From Camelus dromedarius (taxonomy: Eukaryota), in NCBI RefSeq assembly GCF_036321535.1, contig NC_087436.1:82400001-82464000 (forward strand): a stretch of 64,000 nucleotides of DNA, given 5' to 3'. Numbering within the stretch: position 1 is the first letter of the stretch; the number at the start of each line of letters is the position of its first letter. Under the pieces are notes generated by a model. It was given only the letters and a program-made list of their open reading frames with translations, was not told where the DNA came from and did not search any database. This document shows positions 1 through 14,386 of this stretch, piece after piece. The translations under genes and the position numbers were made by a program.

Positions 1-223
1 TTTTACCCATTAATAAGTTCTTTCTTTTCTTTCTGCCTTCTGCCCAATTATATATCATGTAACATAATGATTACCTAGACATATATAATATTGTACTAGG
101 GGCTTGACTTACTTAACACAAAATGACCTAACTTGGATTGGATTAATATGAAATAAAGAATATTTTTAATAATACGATAGGTAGGATTTATTTTTAAAAA
201 GTCATAGAAGAAAGAGGTGGAAG

Positions 224-663
224 CAATCGAAATGTTCATTGACAGATGACTAGATAAAATGTGGTACATACATACAATGGAATATTATACAGCATTTAAA
301 AAGATGGATAGCCTGTCATATACTACCATACAGATGAAACTTAAGGACACTATGCTAAATGAAATGAGTCAGTGTCAATAGGACAAATACTATATGATTC
401 TATTCCTATGAAGTATCTAAAATAGTCAAAATTATAGAAGCAGAAAGTAGAGAGGTGGTTGCCAAGAGCTGAAGGCAGAAGGGAAGAGGAAATTAGTGTT
501 CAACAGATAAAGAGTTTCAGTTTTGCAGGATGAAAAAGTTCCAGAAATCTGTTCCACAATAATGTCAATGCAATTAACAGTATTGAACTGTACACTTAGA
601 AGTGGTTAGGATGGTAAATTTAATATTATGTAGTTTTCAAAATCATAATTTTAAAAATAATAG
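224..663 (+). mobile_element. Old L1 3' end (L1MA/L1MB-like)
   Basis: Typical 3' UTR sequence; 12-bp TSD AAGAGGTGGAAG at 212-223 and 664-675. Confidence 0.8.
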
Positions 664-3255
664 AAGAGGTGGAAGTGGTTAGAAATAAAGATCAAACAAC
701 CTAGCTAAGAGCTGACAAATGCAGAGGCAGCACAATGGATATATGAGCGTCATTGTACTATTTATAACTATATTCTATAAATCTGTGTAATAATAAGCCA
801 AAATAAATAAATAAAAGCTTCTAATTCCTGGATAATATTTTCTTAACATTATCTATAATCACACAACATTCTTTATCCAGAATGAAAAGAGCATTTCTCT
901 TATGAGAATTTTATATTTTAAATGTTAACTGCCAAAAGAAAAACAAATTATAAAAACAAACCCTGGAAAGACCTTGACAACAGAGGTGACAGTAGACAAA
1001 ATTAAAAAATCATCTCAAACCCTATCACCCACTGAAAATATTTTGCGTATATACTTAAAATATTTTAAATATTGCTTTAATATACTCCAAAACATTATTA
1101 TAAATATTAATATATTGCAGAATTTTTAAACAAAATATTTTCAATGCCAGCTAGTTATGATCAGTAAGAAGAACTTACACTTAATTAGATGGAAAATGAC
1201 TCCTTCCTTGTTTATCAAGCAAGTCTTTCAAAATAGATGCATATCTAGCTGTTACACATAGCTATTACACATTGCATATGCCAAACTATGTTTTTATGTA
1301 CAGGTTTTTTTTTTTCCTGTAGGGAAGCCAAACCATTCATCAGGACTTCAAAGGATACTGTGACTTAAATGGGTTGAGAAACACTGCTTTAGATTATATA
1401 TTCAATTCAAACAACTTTTTGTGGCCAGTCATTTCCTCATTTAGGAAAATTTTGAAGGATTTTTAAAAATTGAATTCAACTTTGAAATTAATTACACACA
1501 TCTTCACCAAGGGAAAATAACCACCTAATGCCAGATTTTATTTGTTTTACTACCAATAATTTCTGTCTTCCCCCAATAAAAGAAACTTGGTTAAAAAGAT
1601 GTTAAGATTGATACAGTTTATATAAACTTACTTGTTTCTGTAATTTCCAGAGAACTAAAGTTCATTGTGTTTGTTCACTTGTTTGTTTTTAGTAACTACC
1701 CTAATACTTTCATAAAACATTTCTTTAGGCAGTGCTGAGTAAAACGAGTTCAATAAGAGAATCATCTTTGTTTTGAATTACTTAACCCAGCAAAACTTTC
1801 TCTTTAGCTATACTAGTAAAATAATAAATTAAATTAAAATTAAATTAGAGTTAAATTCTGTTCCTTTAGTAAATAAAATGTAACTCCATTACAGAATGTT
1901 TCATTAATGCATAGAATTATAATAACTTGTGAGGGGTTATTTAAAATTATTATATAATAATTTATAATTTCTTTAATTTAGTCATTCAGCCACCATATCA
2001 AAGAAGGCAAGATAGGCAAAGAAAATTTTATTAGCAGCTGAAGCTTTGCTTCAAAACTCCAATGTGCAAATACCAGTAGGCTAAGGCTCCACGGGAAGGC
2101 TTCTTTTTCCAAAGCTAGTAAAACCTAGAGACCCTCAAATCAAAACAAGTCAAATGGACTATTCCACCCATTTCTCTGAAATCCACTGCTTTAATGGCCT
2201 TCAAGGTCAGCTGCCAGCACCAGAAGAAAAGGAACCAGAGAGCATAGCTCCCACGGCTTAGGAATGATAAGTGGAGGCCATGGGGATAGGACAGGGAGGG
2301 GACTGCCTACTCTTCTCTACAAATCATATTTATGTCAAAAATGTACCTCTCCCACATTCAGCAAAGGCCACCTTGACCTGAGGCATAATGGCCAGAATGC
2401 TGCCTGGAACTTGTCCAGCCCAGCCCAAGTCAGCTGCAGTCTGTCTCCATTAGGGCGAATGAAGTTGTTGGGCACAAAGACGACTTACCTTTAGGAGTCA
2501 GAGTTCAATGAACATGGTGAGAAAGAATAAAATCCCTTTGGATTGATCTCTAATGTTATTGACATAGAAACAGGTGACTCTCAAAATTAATGTTTCAAAT
2601 GAGTACACTTTTACTTTTTACTTTATTCCCAGAAAAATTATACCCAGCAAGCCCCCAAGAGAGGGGTGGGAAAAGAAGACAAGATTAATGAGCTCAGCAG
2701 TGGTGAGACATATATTGTAACAAGGCCAGAGATGATCTGGCCACTGCCTTTCTCAGACAGCATCTGTGAGGTACAAGCAGGGAAACAAAAGTTACCAAGG
2801 GGTGTGCTGCCTGACTTACCTGTTCGAACTCCACCTGCTCTTTCCCACCTGCAAAGAAAGGAGGTGGTTTTAGACAATTTTATAGAACTTTATAGTTTTA
2901 TATATTCTGGAAATTTTATAGTGGAGTCAAGTGAAAAACAAAACAAAAACGTTTTGTTTTGTCACCTGGCATCTTACCTTTTAGATTTCAGCCTCTTCAG
3001 GATCAGTCAATGTGTCATAACATTTTCTTACTGAGAAAAAAAAATATGTGGAGATATGAATATTTTCTCCAAACATCTTAAAATACTTATAAAAACATTT
3101 TCACAGGAAAAGGGAACAACTGTTTTATAAAATGTTTTCAAAAGGAAAAAAATTTTATTTAATTTCTTAAACATTTAATACACTTTGGAAAGTGGGAGTG
3201 AAAGTTACATGATGTTTATTTAGTCAAGGAAATGGACTCTGTCACTGTGACATCC

Positions 3256-3622
3256 TGTGTCAGTTTTCTATTGCTGTGTAACAAAATGCTACAAATTTAA
3301 AATACCATGGCTTAGAAACAACCATATATTAGCTCACAGTTCTGTAGGTCAGAAGTACAGACATATGGTGGCCTGGCTTCACTACTCAGAGTCTCACTGC
3401 ACTGAAATCAAAGTGTCAGCCAGGGCTGTGATCTCATCTGGGCTCAGGGTCCTCTTCCACACTCACTGGTTTTTGGTTTGAGGCAGGATTAATATGCAGT
3501 TGTAGGACTTAGTTTCCTATTTTCCTGCTGGTTGTGGGCTGAAGGGTTCTCAGCTCCTCCTGGCCACCCTTCTTCATATGCAGTTCAAAAAGTGAGGAAA
3601 TGTTTGTTTTTTTCCAGGCCAC
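3256..3622 (-). mobile_element. MaLR/ERVL-type LTR fragment (MLT1-like)
   Basis: TTTTCTATTGCTGTGTAACAAA...CTCACAGTTCTGTAGGTCAGAAG is the recalled reverse MLT1-type 3' end. Confidence 0.65.
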
Positions 3623-5638
3623 CTATGTGTGGAAAACCCTAAAGGCTCCACACAAAAACTACTAGAGCTGATTAAAGAATTTGGAAAGGTAGCAGGATAC
3701 AAGATTAACATACAGAAATCAGTTGCATTTCTTTACACTAACAATGAAATATCAGAAAAGGAAACTAAAGAAACAATCCCTTTTAAAATCACATCCAAAA
3801 TAATACTTACGAATAAACCTGACCAAGGAGGTGAAAGACTTATATGCAAAGAACTACAAAACATTGATTAAGGAAATTAAAGATGGTTTAAAGAAATGAA
3901 AAGTTATCCCATGCTCTTGGATTGAAAGAATTAATGTTGTTAAAATGGCCATACTACCCAAAGCAATCTACAGATGTAATGTGATCTCTATCAAATCACT
4001 CAGGACATTTTATACAGAACTAGAACAAATAATCCTAAAATTTATATGAAATTACAAGAGATGCAGAATTGCCAAAGCAATATTGAAGAAGAAGAATGAA
4101 ACTGGAGGAGCAACCCCCCTAAACTTCAGAAAATCCTACAGAGCTACAGTAATCAAAACAGTGTGCTATTGGCACAAAAACAGACATGGATAAATGGAAC
4201 AGAAAAGAGAGCCCAGAAATAAGCCCAAACACTCACAGTCAATGAATTGTCAACAAAAGAGGCACAAATCTACAGTGGAGAAAAGACAGTCTCTTCAGCA
4301 AGTGGTGTTGGAAAACTGGGCAGCAGCATGTAAATCTATGAAGTTAGAACACTTTTTCACACCATACACAAAAATAAACTCAAAAATAAATATAAGATAA
4401 TACAGTACAAACATCTTGAAAGAAAACAGACAAAACATTTTCTGACATAAATCTTAGCAATGTCCTCCTAGGGCAGTCTACCCAGGCAATAGAAATAAAA
4501 GTAAAAATAAACAAATGGGACCTAATTAAACTTATAAGCTTTTGCACAGCAAAAGAAACTATAAACAAAACAAAAAGGTAACCTATGGAATGGGAGAAAA
4601 TATTTGCAAATGATGTAACTGACAAGGGCTTTATTTTCAGAATATATAAACAGCTCTTACAACTTAATAAGAACAACAATAACAACAAAAAAACAAACAA
4701 CCCAATCCAAAATGGGCAGAGGACCTAATTAAGCAATTCTCCAATGAAGACATACAGGTGGCCAATAGACACATGAAAAAATGCTCAATAGCGCTAATTA
4801 TCAGAGAGACGCAAATCAAAACTATAATGAGGTATTACCTCACACCAGAGTGGCCATCATTAAAAAGTCCACAAATGATAAATGCTGGAGAGGCTGTGGA
4901 GAAAAGGGAGCCCTCCTACACTTCTGGTGGGAATGTAGTTTGGTGTAGCCACTATGGAAAACAGTATAGAGATTCTTTAAAAAACTAAAAATAGACTTAT
5001 ATGATCCAGCAATCCCACTCCTGGGCGTATATCTGGAGGGAATTCTAATTAAAAAAGATACATGTACCCCAATGTTCATAGAAGTACTATATACAATAGC
5101 CAAAACATGGAAACAGCCTAAATATCCATCAACAAATGAGCGGATAAATAAGATGTGGTAAATATACAATGGAATACTCTTCAGCCATAAAAAATAAATA
5201 ATGCCATTTGTAGCAACATGGATGGAACTGGAGATCCTCATTCTAAGTGGAGTAAGCCAGAAAGAGAAAGAAAAATACTATATGATATCGCTTATATGTA
5301 GAATCTTAAAAAAAAGACACAAATGAACTTATTTACAAAACAGAAACAGGCTCACAGACATAGAAAATAAATAACTTATGGTTACTAGGGAGGAAAAGGA
5401 GTGGAAAGGGATAAATTGGGAGTTCGAGATTTGCAGATACTATTATATATAAAATAGATAAACAACAAGTTTCTACTGTATAGTACAGGGAAATATAGTC
5501 AATATCTTATAGTAACCTATAATGAAAAAGAATATGAAAAGGAATACGTGTATGTATAGGTATGACTGAAACATGCTATACACCGAATTGGACACAACAT
5601 TATAAATTGACTATACTTCAATAAAAAAGAAAAAAAAG
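3623..5638 (+). mobile_element. 5'-truncated L1 (about 2 kb: ORF2 C-terminal half, 3' UTR and A tail)
   Basis: [30 protein letters not shown]...; collinear with 50625-52660; no TSD found. Confidence 0.95.
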
Positions 5639-8420
5639 ATAACACAATGTTTAAGAGTATGGACTCTGGAGCTGGACTGATGGCTCCACCATTCACTCAC
5701 CAGCCATGTGGCCTTGGATGAGATGTTGAAACTTTATAGCTGATTATCTGAAATGGTAACCAATAGTACTATCTATCTCGCAGCATTGTTGTAACAACTA
5801 AATGAGTAAAGGTACGTAAGGCCTGTAGGAAAAAGTCTTATTTATATAGGCAGGAACCCATGAGAAACATTTGCCCGGAGCCCTGCACACTCTAAAAGTA
5901 GCCCTGGAACTAGAATTTTGGTGGGAGTGAGGACCCCTGGAGAGAATTATGAAGTGGAGATGGTTATAGTAAAACATTTAGAAACTCAGCTGGAACTTAC
6001 AAGGAAGAGATCCATACTCCAAGTATGCAGGAAAAAAGGCAAAGAGAGCTCAATATTTGTGTTTCCAGGTATTTCTCTGAGTTTCACTCACAAAGGAGTG
6101 AAACCAAAATTGAATTCAAAAGGAGTTTTTTTCTGTGCACCTAACATTGAGATTTTATTTATTTGGGTCAGTTCCCAACTCAAATTCCTCACATCCTTCC
6201 TCTCACAGTCAGAAAAATCAAAATTTACTGTGGCCTATGTGGTGTTCAAAAATCTGGTATCTCTCTGAGCATGTCACCTACAACTCTGCCCACTCGCTCG
6301 TTCACTCCGGCCTCAGTGGCCCTCATACAGGTCTTCAGAGAAGTTTGTTCCTTCATCAGAATTTGCACTTTCCTTTCCCTAGATATTCACATGGGCCATG
6401 CCTTCACTCCATGTGTATTTCTACCCCACGATGTTAGTTCTCAGAGGGTTCTTCTTTGACTCTACTACTACTCTTTCTCATGATGTTTGTGGTCTGTTGT
6501 TTATCCCACCTACTAGAATGTGAGCTCCAGTAAGACAAGGAGTTTGCTCTTTGCACTGATGTTTCCCTTGCACCTAGAACTGTGACTGACACTCCATAGG
6601 TATTTGTTATGTAGATAAATCAGCAAATAAACTGAGAACAATTGGAAACATCCTAAATGTTTTATTTACAAGGGAATGGCTAAATATAGTATCATCTAGT
6701 ACTATGTACACATGAAAAAGGATGAGGTTAAACTCTGTACTAAAAGAAAAGGCTGTTTGGGATACACTGGTAAGTTAAAAAAGCAAGTTACAGAATATAA
6801 TGCATGTTTTGGAACTTTTTATGTAACATATGCACTAAAAGAATGTAAGGTAGTCGTCATATATATGCTAGCATGTGCATTAGAAAAAGAACAGATGATT
6901 ATGCATTAATAGACTGACCTCTAGGGAATGGTATTGTGGGGGATGCGTTTATATTTTTTACTTTACATATTTCTCTTTTGAAGTTTTGTAATCATACTTT
7001 TAAAATAATACATTTTGAGGTTTCACTCATAAAGTTCTTTGTTTCAAAGCAAGCAATTAAAAGAATAACATGAACAGAAATTATTGCCAAAGTAACTAGG
7101 AAAAAAATCTTAAAATGAAAGCACTCTGCTCAGTGCCTCACATAGAAAGGACTCAGTCAGTTTCACTGCATAAACCAGCACTCCTAACTGTCAAACTAGC
7201 TGGAGTTGGGAGAACCCCAGGTTCTCCTCAACATCTGCAAGATCTAGCTGTGACAACCCAGATCCTTGCTTTATGAAGGAGACTCACAGAGACTCAGAGA
7301 TTAGAAATCAAAACTCTTAATTTTATGGCTACAAGAGGTTTCAGGAGGTTTTTTTAAAAATGCAAGGCAACGTATTTATCATTTGTTTTTAAAAATTTTG
7401 TTTTTATTAATCATTTGTTTTTAATGAGGATAAAACAGGAGGATAGTCAGTGTAAAAGCAATCTATAATAAATGTGAAAAACACAGAAAACAAGATTAGT
7501 CTTGATGTAGTGGGTATCAGATTTTTCTTTCTATTAAAAGACCACTCTGTTTTCCCCTCCCTCTCTCGGATCCATTGTGCACTGTTAGGCAGTCAGCCTA
7601 GGTCCTCTCCCTGTGCTAGCTTTCATTTTTGGAGCTCAAAACTGTCTAAACATCTCTGGTAGCAATGATATGTGAAAGCATAAACTATAAAGAAAGAAAT
7701 TATCATGGGGTTATAATTTCAGATACTCTGAGATTCAAGAGAGAGTCACTTTTTGTAAAGTCATAGTATTTTAAGAGATTACGAAAAGGGTGGCAAGCAT
7801 GGAGGGCCCACTCTTGGTGCATATAAGAGATATATAAGGGACAGAATCAGGAGAGACAGGCCAGAATACCATCGCACTGTTTGGGGCTGATGAAAAGGGA
7901 GAAAGCTTCCAAATGTTGAATTGCATAAAAGTTATCTGTCTTTTGGAGCGCAGTTGCCTACTTAAACTTGATCTCCAACCTGCAGCTCACGCTGGGTACC
8001 TGCCAACATTCTGTGGCCAGCTTACAGATTGGAAGGCTACTTTGAGAATAATCTTAAGCCCTCCTTATATAAATAAAGTTCTTTTTAAATTTATTCTCAG
8101 GGAGGTAGCTTTGTCTACCTTTAAATGAAAAGAAAAGAAATGCAATATCTTACAGAAAAATGACCTTCTAAGTATGTTTATGTAAGCATGGACATATTTA
8201 AGAGGTATGGAATGAAAAATGGATCTGACTATTAAAACCACATCAATATTCTTGAGAAATAGAGTGACAGGTAATTATTCTTGTTCATTCAATTGCTGCA
8301 ACCGCCAAACTACTGTTTTTAATATTAACAGCATTGAAAAATGTGAAATAAAGCTTTGAAGCATTGACTCTAAACTTAGTTCCACATCATTAAGGTGCAT
8401 ACATCTCAAGCTGGAGCTCA

Positions 8421-8426
8421 TTTATT
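8421..8426 (-). terminator. Candidate HSD17B13 poly(A) signal overlapping the stop codon (alternatives at 8090-8095 and 7403-7408)
   Basis: AAA TGAATAAAT; which site is used cannot be told from the sequence. Confidence 0.35.
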
Positions 8427-8516
8427 CATTTCATTTTGGTTTTGTGGCCAACCACTGCTTCAAACTGAATATCCTGTACACGATTTATAGCTGCCAAGGC
8501 ACGTTCAGGAAGAAAT
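8426..8516 (-). CDS. HSD17B13: HSD17B13 exon 7, coding part
   Basis: CAG|(R)[32 protein letters not shown], 91 nt. Confidence 0.97.
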
Positions 8517-8591
8517 CTGTATGAAAACAGAAGATAAAAAATTTTCAATTTAAAATCTTTGACAACCTATAATGAAAAAGAATATGAAAAG

Positions 8592-8629
<38 letters not shown>

Positions 8630-11600
8630 ATGTATATATATATATGTATATGTATGACTAAAACATTATGCTGGACACCAGAAATTGACACAACATTGTT
8701 AACTGACTATACTTCAATAAAAAAAATAAAATCTTTGACACCAGAGTACTTTTTTGTTGCCAGTTAAATGACCTTGAGAGTTATCTGGTTTGCATTTAAT
8801 TTTCTTCTGTTCTTCCTCCTTTCCTTCACATCCACCTCTCTCTTTATGTGTGTGTCTTTAATATTCACAGGTCAAATATTATGCAAATATAAAGAAAGCA
8901 CTGATATATATCACTCTTCTCACTGTCTCATCTTATATAAGTAAACTCTTAGATGAAATCTTACATGAGTAAAGACCTAAAAATGAAGGTCTGGGCTCAC
9001 TGCTGAAACTGTCAGTGAATCCTGATGCTAAGAGTTTACAGAGTGACACCACCAGAATGCATTCTATCCATCTCTCCACCTCTCCTTGAGTTTTTACTGA
9101 ATATCTATTCTGCCCTCTATAGTAAGGTAGCCTAAAATACTTTAAAGACAGCTACTGCTTTTAGGGAGCTTACTGTCTTTGCTAAGACACTAAACACCAG
9201 ACTCACACAGTATCACTGTTGAATTCTATAAAATGTTTAAGAAAGAAATAACACTCATTTCACACAGGTTATTCCAGAAAAGAGAAGAGAAAGGAATACT
9301 TTCCAGCTCAGTTTATAAGGTTAAGACGTATCCTGACACAAAAATAAGACAGACATTAAAATGCAGGGTTGATTTAATCTTTAAATGAATCAGTATAATT
9401 CACCATATTAACAAACTAAAATGGGAAGGCCACAAGATCTTCTTAACTTGTTCAGTAAAAGCATTTGACAAAATCCATATCTGTTCTTGATAAATATTCT
9501 CATCAAAGTAGTAATAGAAGTGAACTTCCTCAACCTGATAAAAAGCCTCTATGAGAAAAACCTACAGCAGATATCATACTTAATTGTGAAAGACTGAACA
9601 CTTTCCTTTTAAGATCAGGAACAACCCTTGCGCATGTGCTTTAACCAATCTTCTCTAACATTGCATGAGAAGTTCTAGCCACTGTGATAAGGCAAGAAAT
9701 AAAGAACACACAGTTTGGAAAAAAGAAGTAGGAGTTTCTCTATTTGCAGACAATATGATCATCTATCTAAAAAATCTGTTAGAATCTACAAAAAAGCTAC
9801 TAGATGTGAGTTTGGCGAGGTTGCTAAATGTAGAACAAAATGCCAAAATCAAATATATACTAGCAACAAACAATGGGAAATAGAAATTTTTAAAAATGCC
9901 ATTTGCAATAGCATCAAAAACCCAAAATACTTTGAGATAAACCTGACAAAAAATGTGTGAGGCTTGTGCACTGAAAACTACAAAATACTGTGTAGACATA
10001 TTGAAAAAGGTGAAAAAATGAAAAGATATATTGTGTTCTTTGTGTTCTTGGAATGGAAGACTCAATATTGTTAATGTGTCCATTTTCCCCCAATTGATCT
10101 GTACGTAGATCTAATGAAGTCTTAATCAAAACACTAGCAGGTTTATTTATAAACCCTTTATTTTTAGTTAGTTCACTATTTTGCATTCTCTTTAAACTGT
10201 TTTTCCTACAATTAGAACAGTCTCTGGCAAAGATTGGGTGGAGATGGTAGATGTAGTAGAGAAAATGAATCATTCTCTTTTAATAGATTGGGTAAGGCAA
10301 TAGAGAGGAAACTTAACTGATCTCCCCAGGCATGGAGAGTTCCCATGGCAACTTTCACACCTGAAAGAATCTCCATAATGATAGCTCTATTGGTGTTTTC
10401 ATATTTTAGGTGTTTTGTTTGTTTGTTTTTTACTGTACTTACCTCTCCAGTGTTAGAGAGATATTGAGGTATGATGGAACAAAAATCATTTTCTTATTGG
10501 TAAGTATTCCATCTATCAAGCTTCTTGCAACTTCATCTGTCTCCAATACAGGCCAGAGTCTGTGATCAAAAAGGAAATGTTTGGTTCTCTTTGTTGTTGT
10601 TTTTAAATTAACGAAAGTAGGAAAGTTAACTTATCTTTTCACCAATTAGGATTTTTAAAGTTCCAGGATTCACTGCACAAATGCTACCTGCCTCCCTGCT
10701 ACCCATGCCATGTGGGTGTTTTGTTATTACAATCTCATACTTTCACATCCAGTAGGTGTGTTTCATGGCTCACTCATTCAAAATATCAAAATGGTGGCGA
10801 GGAAAGAGATAGCAGAGGAGAAGAGGAGCCAAGTAAGGAAGAGTAGTGGGTAGGATTAATCACAGGGCAGAAAGGAAGCATCTGACATCTTTCCTCAGGG
10901 CTTATTGGATACAAGAAGAGAATCTTACAGGTAAGCATACTTGCTTTCTTGTGGAGGTATTCCATAAAGCTGAATTGTTTTGAGGGCATTTAATACTTGA
11001 GATTCACGGCTGACTTGCCTATACTGCAGTTTAATGAGAGTTCAAGATATGCACAGGGAGTATTATTACAGTACAACTAGAGGTGTGACCTTGCTTATGC
11101 TGAAGACTGTGTATACATGGGTTCTTGAGAAGTATTCATAACCACAGGCCTAGTGTAGAATGACCTTTAGTGCAAGATGATGACTGGAAATGAAAATGTC
11201 AATGGACTGAAACTAAAAGTTATAATGTCTAGGCACAGGTGGAATGGCTAGTGAGTAAAAAGGTTGTGTAGAGGAGTTAAATAAGTAGTAACTGTTACAA
11301 CCTCCTTCCCTGAGGTATTCTGTAATTTACTGCAGATTGTTATGTGACTGAGGTTTCCGCGGCATTGCATGGCAAGTCAGTAGACAGTAATACAAATCAA
11401 TAGTTTTCTAAATTACTGGGTACTGCCTCTTCCTTCCCTGATTTCGCCTACCTGGTTCTATCAACCCAGTCTCTGAGCCAACCCTGACATCCCTATATGG
11501 ACATTTTAGCATTTGCCAAGGAAATTCAGAATCAGGTAGTCTGATTGGTGAGACCAACCCCAAATCGTCAGCATTGCCTGTGTCAGCCCCTGGGATCACC

Positions 11601-14350
11601 CCCAGGAACCCACGCTACCCAACGTCACATTAGCCTTACTCTTCTCATTCGCTTTGCCTTCCGCACTAGGAGACCTGTACTCTGGGCAAACACTAAACCT
11701 GAATGCTTACCAAGAAGATTTTTATTGGGCCCAATTTCCTATTTAGGAAAACTGAGCCCAGAGTCTCAACTGCATCACAGAATTTACTTTCATATAGTAT
11801 TGTGTACTTGTTAAGTAACTATGTTCTAACATAATTAAGGACTCCGCTGCCAGGGAGCGGCTACGGTTCCAGAGACGACACAGCTGATTTAGAGTTTCTG
11901 AGTCAGTAGCTTCAGATGAGGCTGAGCTTAAAAGGGAATATGTTAGCTCCCTCGAATAACTATATTTTGGACTAATTCCATTCCAGTAATAAGTTGGCTT
12001 CAAATTATCAAGCTTAGTATATTTTGTTAACCTGCAGCAGAATGTATGCTAGAATTGAGGCAAATTTGTGAAGCAGGTGTCTTAATTTTAGGGCCCTTGT
12101 CCTCACCTTTCTGCCTTTTTCCTTTCAAGACCAACTTCTCTTTTATGGTCTCAAAATCCTCCCTTACTAGAGACAAAGTACTTGTAGAAATTCACCTTGA
12201 CTAAGGGCTTAGGAAACTCAATTTATTGCAGCTCCTAGGAACATTTGTATTTTTAAGGGGGGCAAGGTGAGAACAGTGATCAAAACTAATGTGGTTATAT
12301 TTACAATGTCAATGTTTTCCAAACCTTTCTCCAGGCTTACCTGGTATGTCTGTAAACAAAGCAAAACTAAACACCTCATTCTTGGAGCGCATTCCAGCCT
12401 AGTGAAATCAGAATCTCTAAAGAAGAGCCTATGAACTTTTTTTTTTTTTAAGCAGAGGTGATGATTCTTAGGACCAGGCAAGTTTGGAAAATATTGGAGT
12501 ACTTTATGCCAGCCTTGTGACCAGTGCTGTGGAAGATGGAAAAGGTACACATATGTGTACATCTTCATACCCTGTTTAAGGAGGATGAATCACGAATGGG
12601 GAAGGGGGGTGTTAGGTACCATTTCCAGGAGAGGACACTCTTACCACCCCATGAAGCACACTCCTCTCTATCCTGCCCACCTCCATTCTCACTCCCTCAG
12701 CACTTGAGTATATGTTGAAACTTTCACCTAGACACAAATGGATACCCAGATGACTAATTCATTGGCAGCTAATCATTCCTGCTAGTCCCTGATACACTTA
12801 CCCCTTTGTTCATCTAATTTCAAAGTGAAAATGTAAAGGCAGTACAATAACATTAAGAAAAAATATTTTTCCTTTTTTTTCTATTTTCTTGGTTGACCCA
12901 CCTAAAAATGTCTCATATAATTTTCATACCAATTTCTTATGCCATGTTTCCACCCTAGCTTGATTTTGACCTCACCTTGTGCTTGGGTTTTTAGTGAACC
13001 CGGTATTCACAAAAACTGGGCAGAGACAAGAGGTTTTGATACCAGTTTTTCCCAAGGCTTGAAGTTCTGATGTCAGAGCTCTGTGGAAGCCAACAGCAGC
13101 AAATTTGCTGGAGCTGTAAGCGAATTACCCACAGTTAGTGAAGGGAAAGCTTTCTGTGAGAAGGCAGTGTTGATTAGGTTTGGGAACAAGTAAAAGCCAA
13201 ACCCCCAAAACCTTTGACTTGGTCACCAATTTTCATTTACATTTTCTTATTTGATTTCACTGAATTCTGCATGTACAAATTTCTTTATTAACAGTAATAA
13301 AGTAGAACAAATCATCATAACTTTTATTGACTGGCTTACTGCTCACTTTTCCAGGTAAGGTTTTTCATTTAATCTTTAAACTGTTTTTAAATTAGTTTTT
13401 ACTGTTATTTTTATTTTGAAAAATATGAATTAGGAAAAACATGGTTAGGAAAACTACGTAACTAGTATCTGTACTAAACACAGACTTCTGGGGGGACTCT
13501 ACACATTTTTCCTCTCTTTTTTGATAGTTTCTTTCTTGAAATGTGGATGCACTTTGTCTTCTTAATTTCATTGTAAAACTCTGGAGTAAAAAGATTTCAG
13601 GTGGTGTGGGTATGATAGTGTGTGCAACCTTCAACATATCACTTTGTTTCTTCCTTTGATTTTTCTGGTTAAAATGCTGATAATAAAATATAGGGCTGTC
13701 TTGAGGACTAAATAAAATAGCATATGCATAATAACTTTATTACCTATAAGGAGCTATGTAATGTTAATTGTATTTTTAGCCCAGATGACAATAAGAACAA
13801 TGAAGTTAAAGGCTGGCTGCTTTCTCAAAGGAAAAGAAAAAAGGAAAACTATTATTACAACTGGGCTTCCACATTTCTAAACATTAAAACAATAGAAAAT
13901 GTTTGATCTATGAAATTCTTATTTGTGTTTTAAGATGGTAGAGGCAGCTTGAAACAACTATGTTCAAGGGCACCTTGACATACAGTGAAATTTAACATCT
14001 GTGACTACATTCAGTGTCAGAAATAAATTTAACCTTGAACATGGATGTGTAAGTAAATAATAAACCAGTTAACTACCCACCCCCCACACCCACCCACTGA
14101 TACTCACATATTGGCAGTTACAAAAAGAACTAGCCAAAATGTCAACAAGTCAAATTTCTCTATGAGGTGGGTATAAGGCAGGAAAAAGGAAATCAGATGC
14201 CATTGAAGGAGCTGACAAGGAAAAGATATTTTGCAAATCGTGTGTCCTTAGGGCCTTCCCACCTTCTCTTTATGTCCTTGGTAGAGTATGGAATATGCTA
14301 TCTGCATCTTTTAATACTTTTAAGGCTTTCTCTCAATCTCTCTTTCTCTC

Positions 14351-14386
<36 letters not shown>

